Part shown: positions 23,401-38,400 of the stretch, piece after piece
Layout: each line of letters starts with the position of its first letter
Position numbering within the stretch: position 1 is the stretch's first letter
From: Botryllus schlosseri
Taxonomy: Eukaryota
Length of the DNA: 64,000 nt
Direction of reading: 5' to 3'
Assembly: GCA_051294905.1 (NCBI GenBank)
Contig: CM119372.1
Span: forward strand, 6,324,001-6,388,000
Notes under the pieces: generated by a model
The model's database searches: none
What the model was told of the DNA's origin: nothing
What the model saw: the letters and a program-made list of their open reading frames with translations, nothing else
Translations under genes and position numbers: made by a program

Positions 23401-26400
23401 GTTCGATATTGTCGCAGTTGGCTCGGAATAATATAGCGCGCGCGAATTGTGCTACGGCCGCGGACGGGGTGACGGTGTCGCACACGCAGCTGCCTTTGGC
23501 GGACGAATCAGGTGGGATATTGCGCTTATAAATGACTTAGTATCATTATCTGAGATGGTCAACGTATAGCCCGAGTTTCCATTGCAGTAGGAAGTGATAG
23601 TAACTCCTCGATCTCCACTTAATTACAAGGAGTAGTCATGTGAAGTCTATTTCAAGTGATATTAAAACTGCTCGACTAAGTTGTTTCATGAAGTGGATTT
23701 GACGCAGGGGTAACATTATTTTGAAAATGGACTAGTTGTAGTTCTAGTTCTAGTTGCAGATTTTGACTATAGGGTAGTTATAGTTGCGAGTTTTAACAAT
23801 TGACTAGTTCTAGTTCTGGTTGCGGATTTTGAAAATTGGGTAGTTCCAGTTCTAGTTGCGGATTTTGAAAATCGGGTACTTCTAGTTATTGTTACGAGTT
23901 TCAAAAATTGAGTAGTTCTAGTTCCAGTTGCGCTTTTTGAAAATCCAGTAATTTGTACAAGTCTGCGAGTAGGTGGGGACGGGAAGTAGATTTGATCGCG
24001 GGTGGATTTGTAATGTGGGCAAATGAGGTTTCTCTCTTTCTTTCTATTTTTTTTATATTACTCGCTCTTTCTCTCTCATCCCTGTCTTTTTGCGGCAAAT
24101 CGGGGATGGCTACTTCATAAAATTGCGAGATGTTCGCAAAATGAGTAATGGCGATACAAGTTGGTACGCTGGTACAGCCTTCGAAAATACATTCGGCAGC
24201 GTTTCTTGAGATGATGAAGCCAATTTATCCCCAAGAGAATTATCTACTTTCACAAAATCCAAATTTCGAAAAGTAAGTTATTTCGTCTACCAATACGGTT
24301 CAAGTGGGAGTTTAAATATTCTGAAAGTGTATAACTATACTTTAGGCTGCAGTTCAAGTTTGCAAATCATATGTCAATACTTCTAAAAATAGAAATACAC
24401 TTCATTAATCGTTACTGACCACATCTGATCATAATAAATGTTATTCCCGCAGTGGAGAAGATCTACCTCGACGCCAACGATAATCAGCTGGTCGTGTCCA
24501 CCGTCGTGAACAAGTCCGCCAACGACGTCTCGAGCCGCCGGCAAAACAGCGACTTCGACTCCTCGTCGGGCAGCGACGTGTTCTCGGCGAAAACCTTTCA
24601 ACAACTGAAAATGCTTCACAAAAGGCTAGAGGACGGTGGGTACCGAGCTTCCGACGCGTAGATCTGTCCGCTGTGCGCTGTGATTCGCGCGTTATTGGTG
24701 AAACTGTGGAGACAGATCTGTGAAATAGTGATTGACCCGCGCGTTGTCGTAAGGGATGTGAAATAGATGTGGTCGCGTGTGCCCGAAATATCTTCAACGA
24801 ACTGTATATCGTTGCTGTGGAATCGGGGTAGTTTATGTCCATTATACACATTTTGAGAGAATATAGTTTTTGTAGAGTTTACAATCTCTTCCAGTCGTGG
24901 TCGAAATTGGCAGAACACTGAAAGCTTGGAAAAATTTTATTTCCTACTGATGTGTGTATCAATTTGTGGGCTTCAAATCGCATGATTTTGTCCGTAGACT
25001 GCAGCGCGTTCCACTTAATTTACAATAGTAACAGGAAATCGTGCGCAATCGAGCCTGTTGAGCAGTCGATGAGAAGTAATTTGTTATATTCCAGAGTAGG
25101 AATTTTAATAGCCGTGCACGCCACTTTGCGTTTGACATGTTTTTCTTGATTTTGAAATTAACTCCGCATGAGTCAAGTGTCGATTGCGCGCGCGCGCGTA
25201 TCCAGTAAAAACTGTATTGTAAGCCACAGGAATTTCTCCCGCAGATGATGACATGAGCAAAGAGGCGCAGGACGAAGTTACGACCCTGCGCGACCGGCCT
25301 CGACCACACGCGCGGCTGGCTAGAAGCCACACGACCGCCGGTAATTTGGTGCCTACCGTCCGACCGCACAGCGGGGGGAAGGCGTATCCGCGCCCGGCGC
25401 CCAGGGACTTACATTACAGACAGCGTTCGGAGCCGGTGGAGCTGTTTTTGCATAACGCTCCAAACCACGGCAGGTTAGTAATATAGTATTTATGTATTTA
25501 TCACTTTGTGAATACAGCGTGGTTCTTTCCAAGCAATGTTTTTCAGGTATTCATGGTGTTTGTCGACTACTATGATCGATATTCTTCATTTTTATCTCGT
25601 AACTGCCGACTAATAGCACAGCCCACTTCCAGGCGTTTTGTGAGACACCGCTTACGCGGATGAGGTGCGAGGAGGAGCCTAGATAATCCCCCGACACTTA
25701 GGTTTTCCAAGTCATTGAAATACCTACAGCGCGGCTACCCAACTGGCGGTCCGAATGCGTACCTTTTCATTTGGAATCTGGACGTTATCTGCCCCAGTAT
25801 ACTTCATTCGACAACACCAAACGCATAATCCTTGATTTACGTAAAACAAAGTGACAAAAGTCTGCGTTTTCGAACATGAACAGAATATGTTTTGAATCTG
25901 TATGACCAGTGGGAGCCTTCACCACTGCATTTGACTCGATCTGCTCACCTTAGAATCATTGTTTAAAGAACTAGCAACATATATAATAATACCAATTCTC
26001 CAGTAGAACATTAAATGCTATTCGGTCACTGCTTATGCTAGTACCGCTCTACCTTATTTTGTGTACGCTTATGCCTTATTACGTATGTATGACTGTAAAT
26101 TATTTCACGAGATTTACAAAGGACCTGATCGGGTTTTAGAGTTTTGTAACTGGACCTTTGCCAAAAATAGTGGTATAGCCTTCATCTACATATAGTCTGC
26201 GCTGGACGTTCGCATCACCGTCATATGCCGGGTCGTATAGGTTAAAGTCCTGTTCGTAACATGAACCTTAACGTTAACACATTATGAAATCTCTTCTCTG
26301 TAGTGGGTGAAATGGCGATTTAGCCCTGCATATTTTATCAGCAACCAGATGGCACGTACATCTCAAAAACGCGTAATGACGTAAAAGTACATAGACATGA

Positions 26401-29400
26401 ATGTTGAATGCGTTCCGTGCGTATTCCGCAATATTCAGCGGCGATTAATGAGCGCGCCGCGCCACCGCGTTCGTATAGACGAGCCCGTAATCTGGCGGTA
26501 ACGATCGCGCTTATGGTCGTCGGTGTTTGTTATCAAAACGGTGTTTGGTTATCCAATGTTTATGTACGATATTTTTGAATGTGCAAACAAGGCACGGGGA
26601 TCATTCCGTTTGCGGCATCGCAATGAACTTTCGACACGGGCGTTGCGAAAATCTGTTGAGCCTCGGTCGCGAATTAGCATAGTTCTGCGTGTAACGAGTT
26701 TCAGTTCGTAATTTCTTATGATTGCGCTTTTGCGTTTCTATATTCTAGGAATTGGATATATTTAGGAATATGAGTTGCCTCGACGCAAAAAAGCCGGTCG
26801 TAAAACGCATCGGCGTGCGGGGTTATTTATCTGGTGGCAAAAGCTCTCACGATAGAATACCGTGTTTACGTCTATATTTCACGAAAATTACATTATACCG
26901 ACAGAATTCTTAAAGCTGCACGAACTAGTCGATTTAGCTGCACGTTAGTCGTACGTTCCCTCAGCGTTACACGCTGTAATAACAGGACTTGCTTGCAGAT
27001 ACAGATGATGATGATGGGTATCTATCGTTTACATCAGTGGCCCGCTATATTAAAAGAAATAAATGAATATATAATGAAAATACTAGCACAGCATACAGCA
27101 TACTTTATGACCTTGAGTGTACTTTCTTCCCTCCACCACCATAGCTGCAACTGGTACATTGTCAGATCACAAACAAGCTCAACCATCTCAATGTATAACT
27201 AATTCATATACTATCACTATCATGTCTATTGTGTGACGCATGTATATCATCTTATCATTCTGTCTACCTTGTACTTGATAAACGTTACACAATTTTAAAA
27301 GGTTTAGATTAGGCGGGAAACACACGGAGGCCATTGATTTTTCAAATGTTTTGAAGGGGGGGGCACGGTATAAAAAGATGGGAAAGTTTAGTGTTTACGT
27401 ATTTTCTTGCATGGGACGTTTTTATAAGCCATACAAGCAACTTTCAATCAGACGGATCTCCCGGTTTATAAGGCAAACATTTGACGAAGCTGTGTATATG
27501 TAACGCAAGGTGTGACACGATATATGATTCTGATGTGCGCGCTGCCCATTGAAGGAATTTTTGCATTTTATATTGATTTTCTCTAATTTGTTTCAGTAAC
27601 ACAAATCATCACTACGGAGGTCAACCGGACAGGCTGCAGCAGCACCCCGTCGCTCGCCAAAGAGATTTCCATCCCATCCACGATCAAAGCGATCTCAGGT
27701 CGGTAGTCCGCGGTCCCGATTACGCACGGCACTCCAGACATATCAGGCTGGGAATAATGAGGCTTAATTTATTACGCAACACGATACTCCCATATCGCAT
27801 TGTCATCTGGAAGTGCGGAACTCAAAAGAAATGTGACGCGACCAGGAGAAATTAACTGCGGTCTTGCGATGTCGTTTGCCCGGCATAGTTTATTATTATC
27901 GGTTCTGGGCAACATTCTGAGTCAGTGGCTGGCGGTTTCGAATGGCCGGTATATCATCACGCGATTCCCGATATATTTGTTGCCACTAGAGCTGACGACA
28001 CGCTAATGTCTCTGCTGCGTTCGATGCGCATATAGCTGCGGTCTGATTGTGCTTTTGATGACGCGCGTGTTATTGGTTTATTCCTTTCGGATTTAATTTC
28101 CCAGTGCGGAATTTATGACTTCTGTGCGATTCTCGTAATGGTTTTGCGTCCTTGTGTTGGCTGATTAGGTAGGAATGTTTACTGGCCTTGCGACACGCCG
28201 TTGTTTACGGTCATAAGTTCATCGTTAAGTTGCGAACTTGGCCGCGGCTCCGGGTCGAAGTTGAGTTGGTCAATTTCAGAATTTTCAGCGTTTCCAAATT
28301 AGATCAGAATTGGAAATACTGAATTCGCGAAAACTTCGAAATTGGACCAGGTTCAGTTCGTGTCGAATCAGAGATCATTCTCGTGGGCAAGAGAGTCGCA
28401 AATGTCTGGCGACCAACCTTGGCTCGTTATGCGCAGTCAAGACAAGCAGCACTCTCAAAGCCCTTTGCGAATGTGCACGTCGAGTTACACATCCATGAAC
28501 GACCGTCTGAATCTATGCAGCTCATAATCCCTGCTAATGAGACGCAGCTTTTGAGCTTAATGAGGATTGTTTGGGGATTTAGAGGCTCCGGTTTTGTAAT
28601 CTCGCACGTTACAAGCCGCAACGGTAGCTTACACGCCGCCGTGAACGGGCCGGCCCCGTTTATAGTGACTCTACTAATCGAAAAGTTACGTGCGCCGACA
28701 CTGTGGAAATTATCAAATGGTGATTCTGTGGCGCCCTAGCTATATTAGGCGTATGTGCGCTTTTTCTCAACACCAAATTACGTAATTGCGCCTATATGTA
28801 AAGCGACGATGATGCGCATTACACCACAGAGTGTGTACGATAACATGATTTAAGGGCGCGGTCATTTTGGCGCCTGGGGGATACGTCATGGCAGAATTCA
28901 CCAACTTAACATAAAGCCTTAGCGAAAAGGGTGCATTTTCGCACCTAAGAGGTGGTACTACCTCAGAATTATACAGCGATATCAATCACACGCGACATTT
29001 CAATCCGAATTGACGAATTGGAATAAGCTTCCATGGAGCACGTAGTCGGGTAGGGTCTAGAAAAATGCGGTACAGTGTAAAGTTTACACCGCGAATTAAC
29101 CGGAACCGTCTCTTCAGCAAAGTGACGTAAAAACTAAACTAGCGAATGAATATGTACGGAACATGAAAAGCGCAGATTGATGATGGCGATTTCCTCAAAA
29201 CGTGCAATAATCATAATGAATTTATAATAATAATAATAAGAAGAAGAAGAATCCATGTATTGCATAGGAATAACAATTTGACTGCATTACTGAAATTTTA
29301 AAAATTTACTCCAATCTTGCCATTTTCCTTTGGGTGCAGGTTGCTCCCCGGATTATGTGTGTATTGACCAGTTTCTTACTGTGAATAAGGAATATAATAA

Positions 29401-32400
29401 TAATGTTGAAACAGAAATAAGGAACTGCTGTTCAGTCGCTACCAAGGGTGTGTGTATGTGTGTGTCGGGGGGGAGGTATTAGATCGACTCCACGAGAAAT
29501 GAGTTTCTGAATTCTGAAGTATTTGTTGTGCTTTCGTGCGCCACCTTTTGGGTGTAAAAGTAAATAAGTACTCTTTTCGCTATAAGAGTGTGCGCGCTTT
29601 TTACGACCTGCCACGCGACGCATTCCCAAATTCCCGCATCGGACCGGGGGTGACATAATGATACCTATCGAGATATCAGCGTCTCCTTTGTTCGTCGTGT
29701 TCGCTTTCGATAAGTGATACGGTAATCGGGTCACGGTAAAATGCCGTCAATGACTCGGTCGGTGCGCGAAATCGCCTCGAAAAACTTTGCGAGACGCGGA
29801 GTCGCGATTCGCTGCCGATAACGAAGGCACAGGCGTCGGTGGCGGAACGGTAATCGTTTCTCGCGATTCGTGACGGTTTGGCGCGTGGCGAATCGATTTC
29901 GCGATGCTTTGAGGAGATATTTTGGGCCCGGTCAAGCACCGCGAAGCATATATTGTAAGCGAGAATCTTGTAATTCGCTCAGAGGTAGTCCGTAACGAAT
30001 TGCGTTTACTCTTTCGGTGTACGCAAGTAGGTTTGGCTTACTTTCACCCCTTACGTGAGTCGTTATGGCTTTAGGCTACTAGTACTCCTGCTTGAACACT
30101 TTTGGGCAAACCTACATACTTTTGAAACTTTGGATTTTGTAAAGTAGCATGCAGTTTCGGGGTGAGAGTGAGCTTACATCACTTTCGTTTTCGAGATATA
30201 AACAGGTCTAAAGTCACTTTACTGTTAGCGAACGCCACGGATGAATACGAATGCAATACACCGTGTGTGTGCCACCCCAAGAATGCGCAAAAAGGCGGGG
30301 CACTTTTACAGCATTACCATGCACGCCTTAGATGTATCCGATTGGTGTATTAGAATCGTTTTCACCCATTGGAATAGATGTGATAGCAACATGTAGTGGC
30401 AACGGCCTGATTTGCAACCTACACTATGGTCTAAATCTAATAGATGTGGTACCTATGGATCAAAAATTGGAAAATGATCTCTGGCCCCAAAACATTCATA
30501 ATCGTTCAAAGTTTGTTGCTCGAACGTATCATCGGTCCCCACCCGGCGGGTCCAAAGGCACACGACCCGGGGACCTATGAGACATACTCTCAAAAACTCA
30601 AATGTTACAACTTTTCTTGCTGTGTAATATAATCTAAGCTACAGCAAGCCAAAACAGAATGTTTGGTCGCAACCGTGAAAAAATGGAATTAATAATAACT
30701 CAATTGTTGCCATAAAATCACGTTTCGATTTAGGCTCGAACTTATAAATGTGAGGGTATACAATAGGGCTCTTCAAAAATGACTTTTTTTTTTCAAATCG
30801 TACTGGCTACTTGATAAAATTGTTAGGTTACCTAATTTAAGCCTACACACAAAATTTGGTTCAATTCCAGCCAGTAACCGCTTTGCTGCAGGAGAAGAAA
30901 GTTTCAATTTAATATATAAAAATAAATGATAAAAAATTTGAAAATTTTATTTTCACCCCATGAACGTGTTAGGCTGTCTATAGAAACGATCCTCACCAAA
31001 TTTGGCTCAATTCCAACCAGTGGAAGCGGAGTTATTGCCGTCGAAAAATTTAGATTTTAATAAAATAGTATTTACGGTGAGCACAACTATAATAAATAAA
31101 CAAAGAATCGGTCACCGTAAATACTATTTTATTCAAATCCAAATTTTTCGACGGCAATAACTCCGCTTCCACTGGTTGGAGTTGAACCAAATTTGGTGAG
31201 GATCGTTTCTATAGACAGCCTAACACGTTCATGGGGTGAAAATAAAATTTTCAAATTTTTTATCATTTATTTTTATATATTAAATTGAAACTTTCTTCTC
31301 CTGCAGCAAAGCGGTTACTGGCTGGAATTGAACCAAATTTTGTGTGTAGGTTTAAATTAGGTAACCTAACAATTTAATGAAGTAGCCAGTACGATTGGAG
31401 ACAAAAAGTCATTTTTGAAGAGCCCTAGTATACATAGATATTGCCCGTAAATCGACATTGCGACTTCCAAATACCTCGTTTTATCGATAAAACGCCACCG
31501 GCAATTATTACATAAAGAGTTTCTGTGTGTAGGCATGTTTCAAATGTTGCATGATTAGTTAGTGCAACTATTTTGCTTGATTTGGCTATTGTATCATCGG
31601 TCCCCACCCTATGAATAGTATAAATGAATCGTAAAAAATTCCACTCAAGGAAGGTGTTGAATAAAATAATATATGCAATTATATAGCGTGACACAAGCCC
31701 TACGCTTCACATTAAAAACGATTGCTTGTTTGTTCGTGATGAAGGCTACAAAGCATAATGTAGGCGTCGATCGAAATTCATTTTACACCCCCCGAAAACA
31801 TCTGTCAGACACCCCGTAACTCGTGCACGTCAAAGATTTTTGTATGTGTGGAAAGATTCGGCCCGCATGCAATTGCAGACAAATTCACGGAGTGCAATCA
31901 TGGAATTATCATGGAGAATTTTTCAAGTATTATCGGTCCCAGTGATCCATCGGTACGACATCTCTCCTACACCTATGTTCCGCCCACGTGTTTACAGTGT
32001 AGAGTCGCCTGTAGACGTGTAGTGTCGATTGTCACTCGGAAAGGCGCCCGTCTTCGGCGATGTTCCTTGGGCGATATGTTTGTTTGCACAATACACGGTG
32101 CCTTTCGCTCGCGCGGACGGATTGCGGAGTGCTGTCTGCGGTTTTCTGACAGGGGTAAACAATCGAATTCGTGTTCGGATCTGTGGAACATCATCGCGGC
32201 GGCGCGTTCCCCGAAAATTGTTTCGCGACGCGACGCGGAAAAGTACCCGTTTCGTTAATTCTGTCTTTGCATTTGTTAATAACCTCCATAGCGATTGATG
32301 TCGTGTTTTATTTAGTTCTCGTCTACAGAGTTGGACTTGAGAAATTTCAGCTTTTACACGTTAGATAATAATTAGAATTGTAGCTACACAGCTTCTTTCC

Positions 32401-35400
32401 AAATTTGGTTAGAATCATAATTCCTGAATTCGCAAAAAACTTGCGAAAATGCAACTAAAATCAAGTTCAGTTCATGTCAAATCTCGTGCGAATGGAAAGC
32501 GTCTGTACAGTACACCAATTGTGGCTCGTTCCGCCTTATACAGCTGTCCTGCAGCATTTTCAGGAACACCAAGAATTAGATTCTGATTGAAATTGAACGA
32601 TGTAAACATTTCACAAATTCAATCACAATAAGATAACCGACATTTCGCTCTCAATTACAACTAGCCAACTAGAATGATAGTATCTCTAGATCAGTGGTCG
32701 GGAACCTCTTTTGTCCGAAGAGCCATATTGGACTTATTTTCTCAATTTTAACTCCCAAAGAGCCATACATGCAAATCAGCTGTTACGTCACAATTGAAAA
32801 TCCATGACGTCATGGTAGCACTTATTCGAAGTCACTACATGGAATTCGTAGAGTGCGCCACATTTTCTCTGTAAAAACAGTCCATCGTAAATAGCTTAGG
32901 ATTTATTATAACTGATATTAATCGAATGTAACTGTGTCATACTGATTCCGAAAATCTAAATACTGATCGACTTCTCAATTCTCAAAGTATTCGGCGGTAA
33001 CATAACGTTGTGCTGCACGCATATTTTTATCGCCGGTACTACAGAGCTACTCACCAATCAACAACGTGGATAGCTATGGCGTTGTTTGTAATTCGAGTTT
33101 GTAATTGTGAATGTCACGTGCACGGCAGTTCATTTGGCACCGTAGATCAGCAAGACAGTGTGTATTTGAAAACTGCGCTGTAATATGGGCGTTGTCATGT
33201 CTGCTATGCTCTATGATTAATCAACGTGATATTGGTCGCCGGCGCGACAGTAACTTAAATTTGAGGATTTTCGAAAGAGGGAGTCCGAGCCCCTAAACCT
33301 GAAGATGGCAATGCGTCTTCACCTCTCAAGAACGCGTTTAATTGTTTATACTGTCACGAGAATAATTATTCTGGCTGGGATGAAAATTTACTAACAAGTT
33401 GCTCAGTCGCTGCAATATTGATCAATTCAGTACAAAAATAAATATTTAGCAAAGAGCCATATCTTGTATACCCAAAAGAGCCATATATGGCTCGCGAGCC
33501 ATAGGTTCCCGACCACTGCTATAGATATACCCACAAATGAATGTTAGAAGGAAGCTTCGCAGTTTTCGTGCACATTGTGCTCGAGGTTATCTGGATAAGA
33601 ATGGTGTATCTCCGGATGGGAATGAATGTTGTATATAATAAGTTTTCCACCTTATAAGGGTGGTAATAGCTTCCACCTTTTAAGGTGATTTTAAAATTGG
33701 ACACAGTTTTTACAGTGCAAATATTTAGTCCATGCTCGATATCGTAGAAAACGCCTACATGAGACAACACAGCATTTGACAACGCCAAACTACAACACCA
33801 AACACCTTTTCTGGTGTTTAGTTTTTTTTTACACGAAACGGAAAAATATTTACAGTGTATAGTTGTCCAGGTCTGCTCTGTTGACGCCCCAAATGTGAAC
33901 GCATTCTGACTCGAATCATGACAAATGCGAGCATTTGGGTTTCAACGACGCGGTCTTGCGGCTTGCACTTTCGTAGTAAAAAATAGCAAGAGAGTTCCGT
34001 ACGAGGCTGCGATGTTGATGAATTCGTGAGTAGGACGGTTGCGATTCGGTATCATACCGGCTATTGTTTCAATGACTTATTCACGTCTAATCGCTCTGCG
34101 TATACGTCATTAATCCTGTGTGATGGAGTTGAGATATTGCCGGCTTTACTGGTGCGTTTGTTGCAAAGAGGATTTCTTTACTATGATATGATACGATGAT
34201 ACGGTTGTGTATAATCGAAACATTCGCTAACAAATGAACAATTGTACTACGCTGTAAATGCATATGTGGAAACCGAGTCTATTTCTCCAGATATCCATAG
34301 CGTATTGTGCAACGGTACAAAATGTTGCATCCACCCACACTCATTCCAATTGGCGAAATGAGTCGAATTAACCAATTTTTATAGATCCATATGTTTTGCT
34401 TTTACATTCATTCCAATGGGTTAAAATGATCAAAATTGACGAATTCTTGTGTATATACTATATATGTTATCCCGGGGTTACAGTGGATTCTGTTACCGCC
34501 TTTTTTGAAGTAAGCCACGAAGACAGGAGCCGGACCACGCCTGGGATATATTATATAGAATTTCGCCCATTTCAACGGGTGTGAAATTATGATTTTATGC
34601 AGGAAATTGGTGTTTACCCGATCTGCGCCTTGCGCTATTGTTGAAATCAGCGGAATCCACGACTTTCGTTTCCCGTGTGTCACCTGACTAATCCTGATCG
34701 CTTCCATTTTCAGAGGCCCTAGCAGCGGATCATGCGACTCCAGTTTGAGCAATCTGTCCTCGTCCGGCAACGTGCAGGCTTCCGAAAGTTATTTCAAGGT
34801 TTGTTGCGACCTTTCAGCCTTTAAACTTCGTGTTGTTGGTCGTATTGCAGCATACAAAACATGTATTACACAGCTGCAGGCACGATAGTGGAAATGACAT
34901 AACTGTGAAGTCGGGAATAAACTCACAGTATTTTCAGAATGTGCGATGAAACAGGCATGGTTGACAATATGCCACGTTATCTTTAATGTGTGTTAGATCT
35001 GGCATTAATTTCCTTGTAGTCGCACAAAATGTATATGTCGGCACTTTCCACATCATTCTTTTTCCTATGCGGTCAAAATGAGTGATAATGGAACTGGAAC
35101 AGTCGGGCACCCGATTTTGTCCGGCCCGATACTAAACCGCTAACTTTGTCATCTCAATTCAGCACCCCGCCGACTCTATCAGCCACGTATCATCCGAGGA
35201 GTGGACCGGGGAGGAGAGGGAGAGCTCGCCGTCGCCCCACAACACGGCCGCGCGAAGCTGCAGCTCAGGTCGGTTTGCGAATATTGCCGGGTTTACCTGC
35301 GTCATTCATTGTTGGTGATATTTGTGTTGACACTCCGGTGCGTTACTAACGTCCTGTGTTGAGCCTAGAGCGTTGTGTTCGTGTTGTTGACATTACGCGA

Positions 35401-38400
35401 CGATTCATAGTTCATGGGCAGATGACAGTGTGAGATGGTTTAGAGTTCAATCCCGGGCGAGTCGAACAGGCTAGGCTTGGGCTAATTAATGGCGGACCGC
35501 ACTCCGAATGCGTACCTTTTTCGTGATGAATCCGGACCTTATAACATTTCTTCCACTATGTATGACCAATAGAACATTCAATCGTTGCGTTTGCTAATAT
35601 TTTGCATGTAGTTGTAGGAAATGTGACCTTGTTAAATTTGCATGATCTAAATTTGCATGAATGTAAATCACGCCATGAGAATTTGAACCTTTGTTTAAAT
35701 CAGTGGTTCTCAACCTTTTTTTAGACACGCCCCCCGGTATGATAGTGAAAAATTTCGCGCCACCCTTATCATCATATCACAAAATCCAACCGGGATGCTA
35801 GCAACCCCAACAGATTGTTTGTGGAATGGAAGGTTATGACTGTTGATGAGGGAATTCAAAAATATGAAATTCGGTCTATATATAGAGAAACACGCTTTAA
35901 CTGGAGGTAAATCGCGCGGAACGCGGAAAAATTTTTCAATTGACCGCTATTTCGCGCGCCCCAGGCTGAGAACCACTGGTTTAAATGGACCTAAGCAAAT
36001 TTTAAACTTTTCTGACTGAACCTTTGTTAGAAATAATTGAGTATTCCTGGGCTCGGCTCTCATTGATTGGCATTAGAAGCGTCATTAGAAGCGCTCTTCG
36101 TGTTTACCGAGTAGCGGGGGTGTGATAGATAAATTTCCGATTCCGATCTCCATACACTGTGTCGTGATGTCTTGTCAAAAAAGTGCGGTGCCGCGGAACA
36201 GTGAACGGGACTGACAGGACTTTTTGAGAAAACGAATTCATATCCGCCATCGGAGTTTGAACACAACACACTAGTAGAAATTTGCTGTACTGCAAATCTT
36301 CCTCGTTGTGAATAGAGATACTATTTTCGATCGGTATATAATTAGTTTTCTTTCTGAGTTGAATTTGCATCGACTGTCGATTCTTTGTCTTGGCTTTAAA
36401 ATGTCATTACTTGTGATTGTTGTTGATCAAATTCAGACATAGTAACGCCATAAATATGTTTGTATTGGCCGACTAAGTCGACCAGCGAAACCTTTCCTTG
36501 TTTCACTGTATATTTGTCGACTCTAATTCAAGTAGTGATGTCGTTGGTGATCTGGCAAGGTTTTCGAATTTCGATGATTTTCCCGCCGAAAATGTCGTTA
36601 ATTAACGGCCCGTGACCGCAAATCGCATTTGTCAATTCTCTGTCGGATTATCCTTTCCTTGGTTCTCGACCGTATCGTTCAACAATCCGCACTGCGAACG
36701 ATAAGTCACCATCTCTTAATCCACCGGTACAGCTCGTTAATAGAACCATATTGGTTGTATAGAGACATGACTGGCTGTATTTAGTACGAGTACAGATGTT
36801 TGTCGTCGGAGGCCGCGGAGATGACGTAATCTCCGTGAACTTGGTGACTTTTCTTACATACCTCGCGGCTGTGGCATCCAGAAACGTTATGTATGTTGAT
36901 CTGCTAGTTCAGTGCGGGGATATGGTCGATTGGTATTGCGACCCACAGTCTTAGGAATATGGCATATCGTCGCTGTGTTATCAAAGTATGTGACATCCGT
37001 TTTATACATTTTGAGATAGTTAGGTTCTTGTAAACTTTTCAGTTTCCTTCGGCCATTGCCTGACCAGGTTAACTTTGAAACAATGTGACAAACCAAGATG
37101 TGGCCGAAAAAAGGCAAATTTAACAAAAACTTTATTTTCTTTAAATTTGAACAATAGATATCAAAATTTGAACGATGGACATACAGCTACGACGATATGT
37201 AGACGTAAAATGCTCCTAATAAATCTATTGTCCATTCGGGAAATAATTCGAGCGCCGTCGCTATATACTGGGAAGTCCCAGTGTGTAATTTGTATCCGTA
37301 ATTCGGTAGAAACAGCTTTGATGTCGTCGCTTTGTTTTGGTTCCGTGTAGAAATATATCAGACATTGGAACGAAAGAATATGTCATTAGTGATGTGTATC
37401 CGTCCATGTTAATAATCCTGTATACATTTGGAGTAAAGTTGAGCTATTCGTTAATCTGTTGAGGCGCAACAAAATCATAGGCGGTAATAAAAAGGTTGAG
37501 AACCAGTGCTGTAAAACAAGTTCAACCGTGTCTGCTATACCTTTATCTCACCTGTTGGAAATGATTTGGCGACTATTAAATCGCTGTACAACAAGTTCGA
37601 CCGTGACAGCCAAATGTTAACAAACACAATGAGGTAGTTTTTACGGTAAAACAAAACTGGTATTTATTGGACTGCTATCGATGTAACATCTTCATAATTC
37701 GAAAAATATCGTGATAAGCTCATTTGCTATTTGTGCGCTTGCATAACGCTTCCGTACGTTTCGGAACATTTTGCGGTGCGATCTTATTTAAAGATAGTCA
37801 GATAAGATAGGCCTATAGACTTGTAGATTCCATACGCGTCTCAAACTGTATTTTGCAAACATCGTCGGCCCTGTGAACGTCCCAACAGATTAATTTGTTC
37901 CACCGTATTTTGGCCACATCTATTTAGTAGAAGTTCGCAATCAATCTTGAGGATCGCGAGTTATCGCCGTCCCGTATCTGCGCGGAAGACGCGCTCCTGG
38001 AAGCCTACGCCCCGGGCGAACATGGAAATCGAGCGGCGCGCTAATTTAGCGCCGCCGATGAAATAATTGCACATAGGAATTCGTTGTTTCGTGTAACGAC
38101 ATTTGAAAAACACACGGGACGCGCGGGCGGCCGATAAACTTACTGTCAGAGCTGTGCCCGCGTAATGATCACGCGAGAAGTCCCTTTGAACTTGCCCAGG
38201 GTGTGTTGAGCCTTCATGTCGACATGCAGGAATATATGTCACGTCGCACACTTCAGATAAAATAAATATGATTATTCGTGGTATAAAGGTTATGCTATTT
38301 ATCCGCCCAAAGCGTATCTCACTTTGCATGACGTCTGACACCATACCTACACGGTACTTATTGATAGCTTAATTCATTTTCACAGTGATTAGGTAAGTGG

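Noticed and set aside
23725-23950. Regularly spaced repeats (also 53273-53682 and 63550-63942) as CRISPR arrays
   Set aside because: Eukaryotic context, no unique spacers, no cas genes; these are minisatellites or subterminal repeats.
24188-24272. Candidate extra exon ending in aa|gtaagt ([20 protein letters not shown])
   Set aside because: The open frame ends in phase 2, but the next exon (24453) needs phase 1; the flanking exons already join without it.
22880-25369. Overlapping alternative-frame and antisense ORFs (e.g. 22880-23275, 22902-23195, 24441-24851, 24959-25369)
   Set aside because: Shadows of GC-rich chimaerin exons; no independent homology.
38386-38392. 7-nt micro-exon-like sequence between cacag and gtaagt
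   Set aside because: Would shift the frame between exons 12 and 13; no support without reads.
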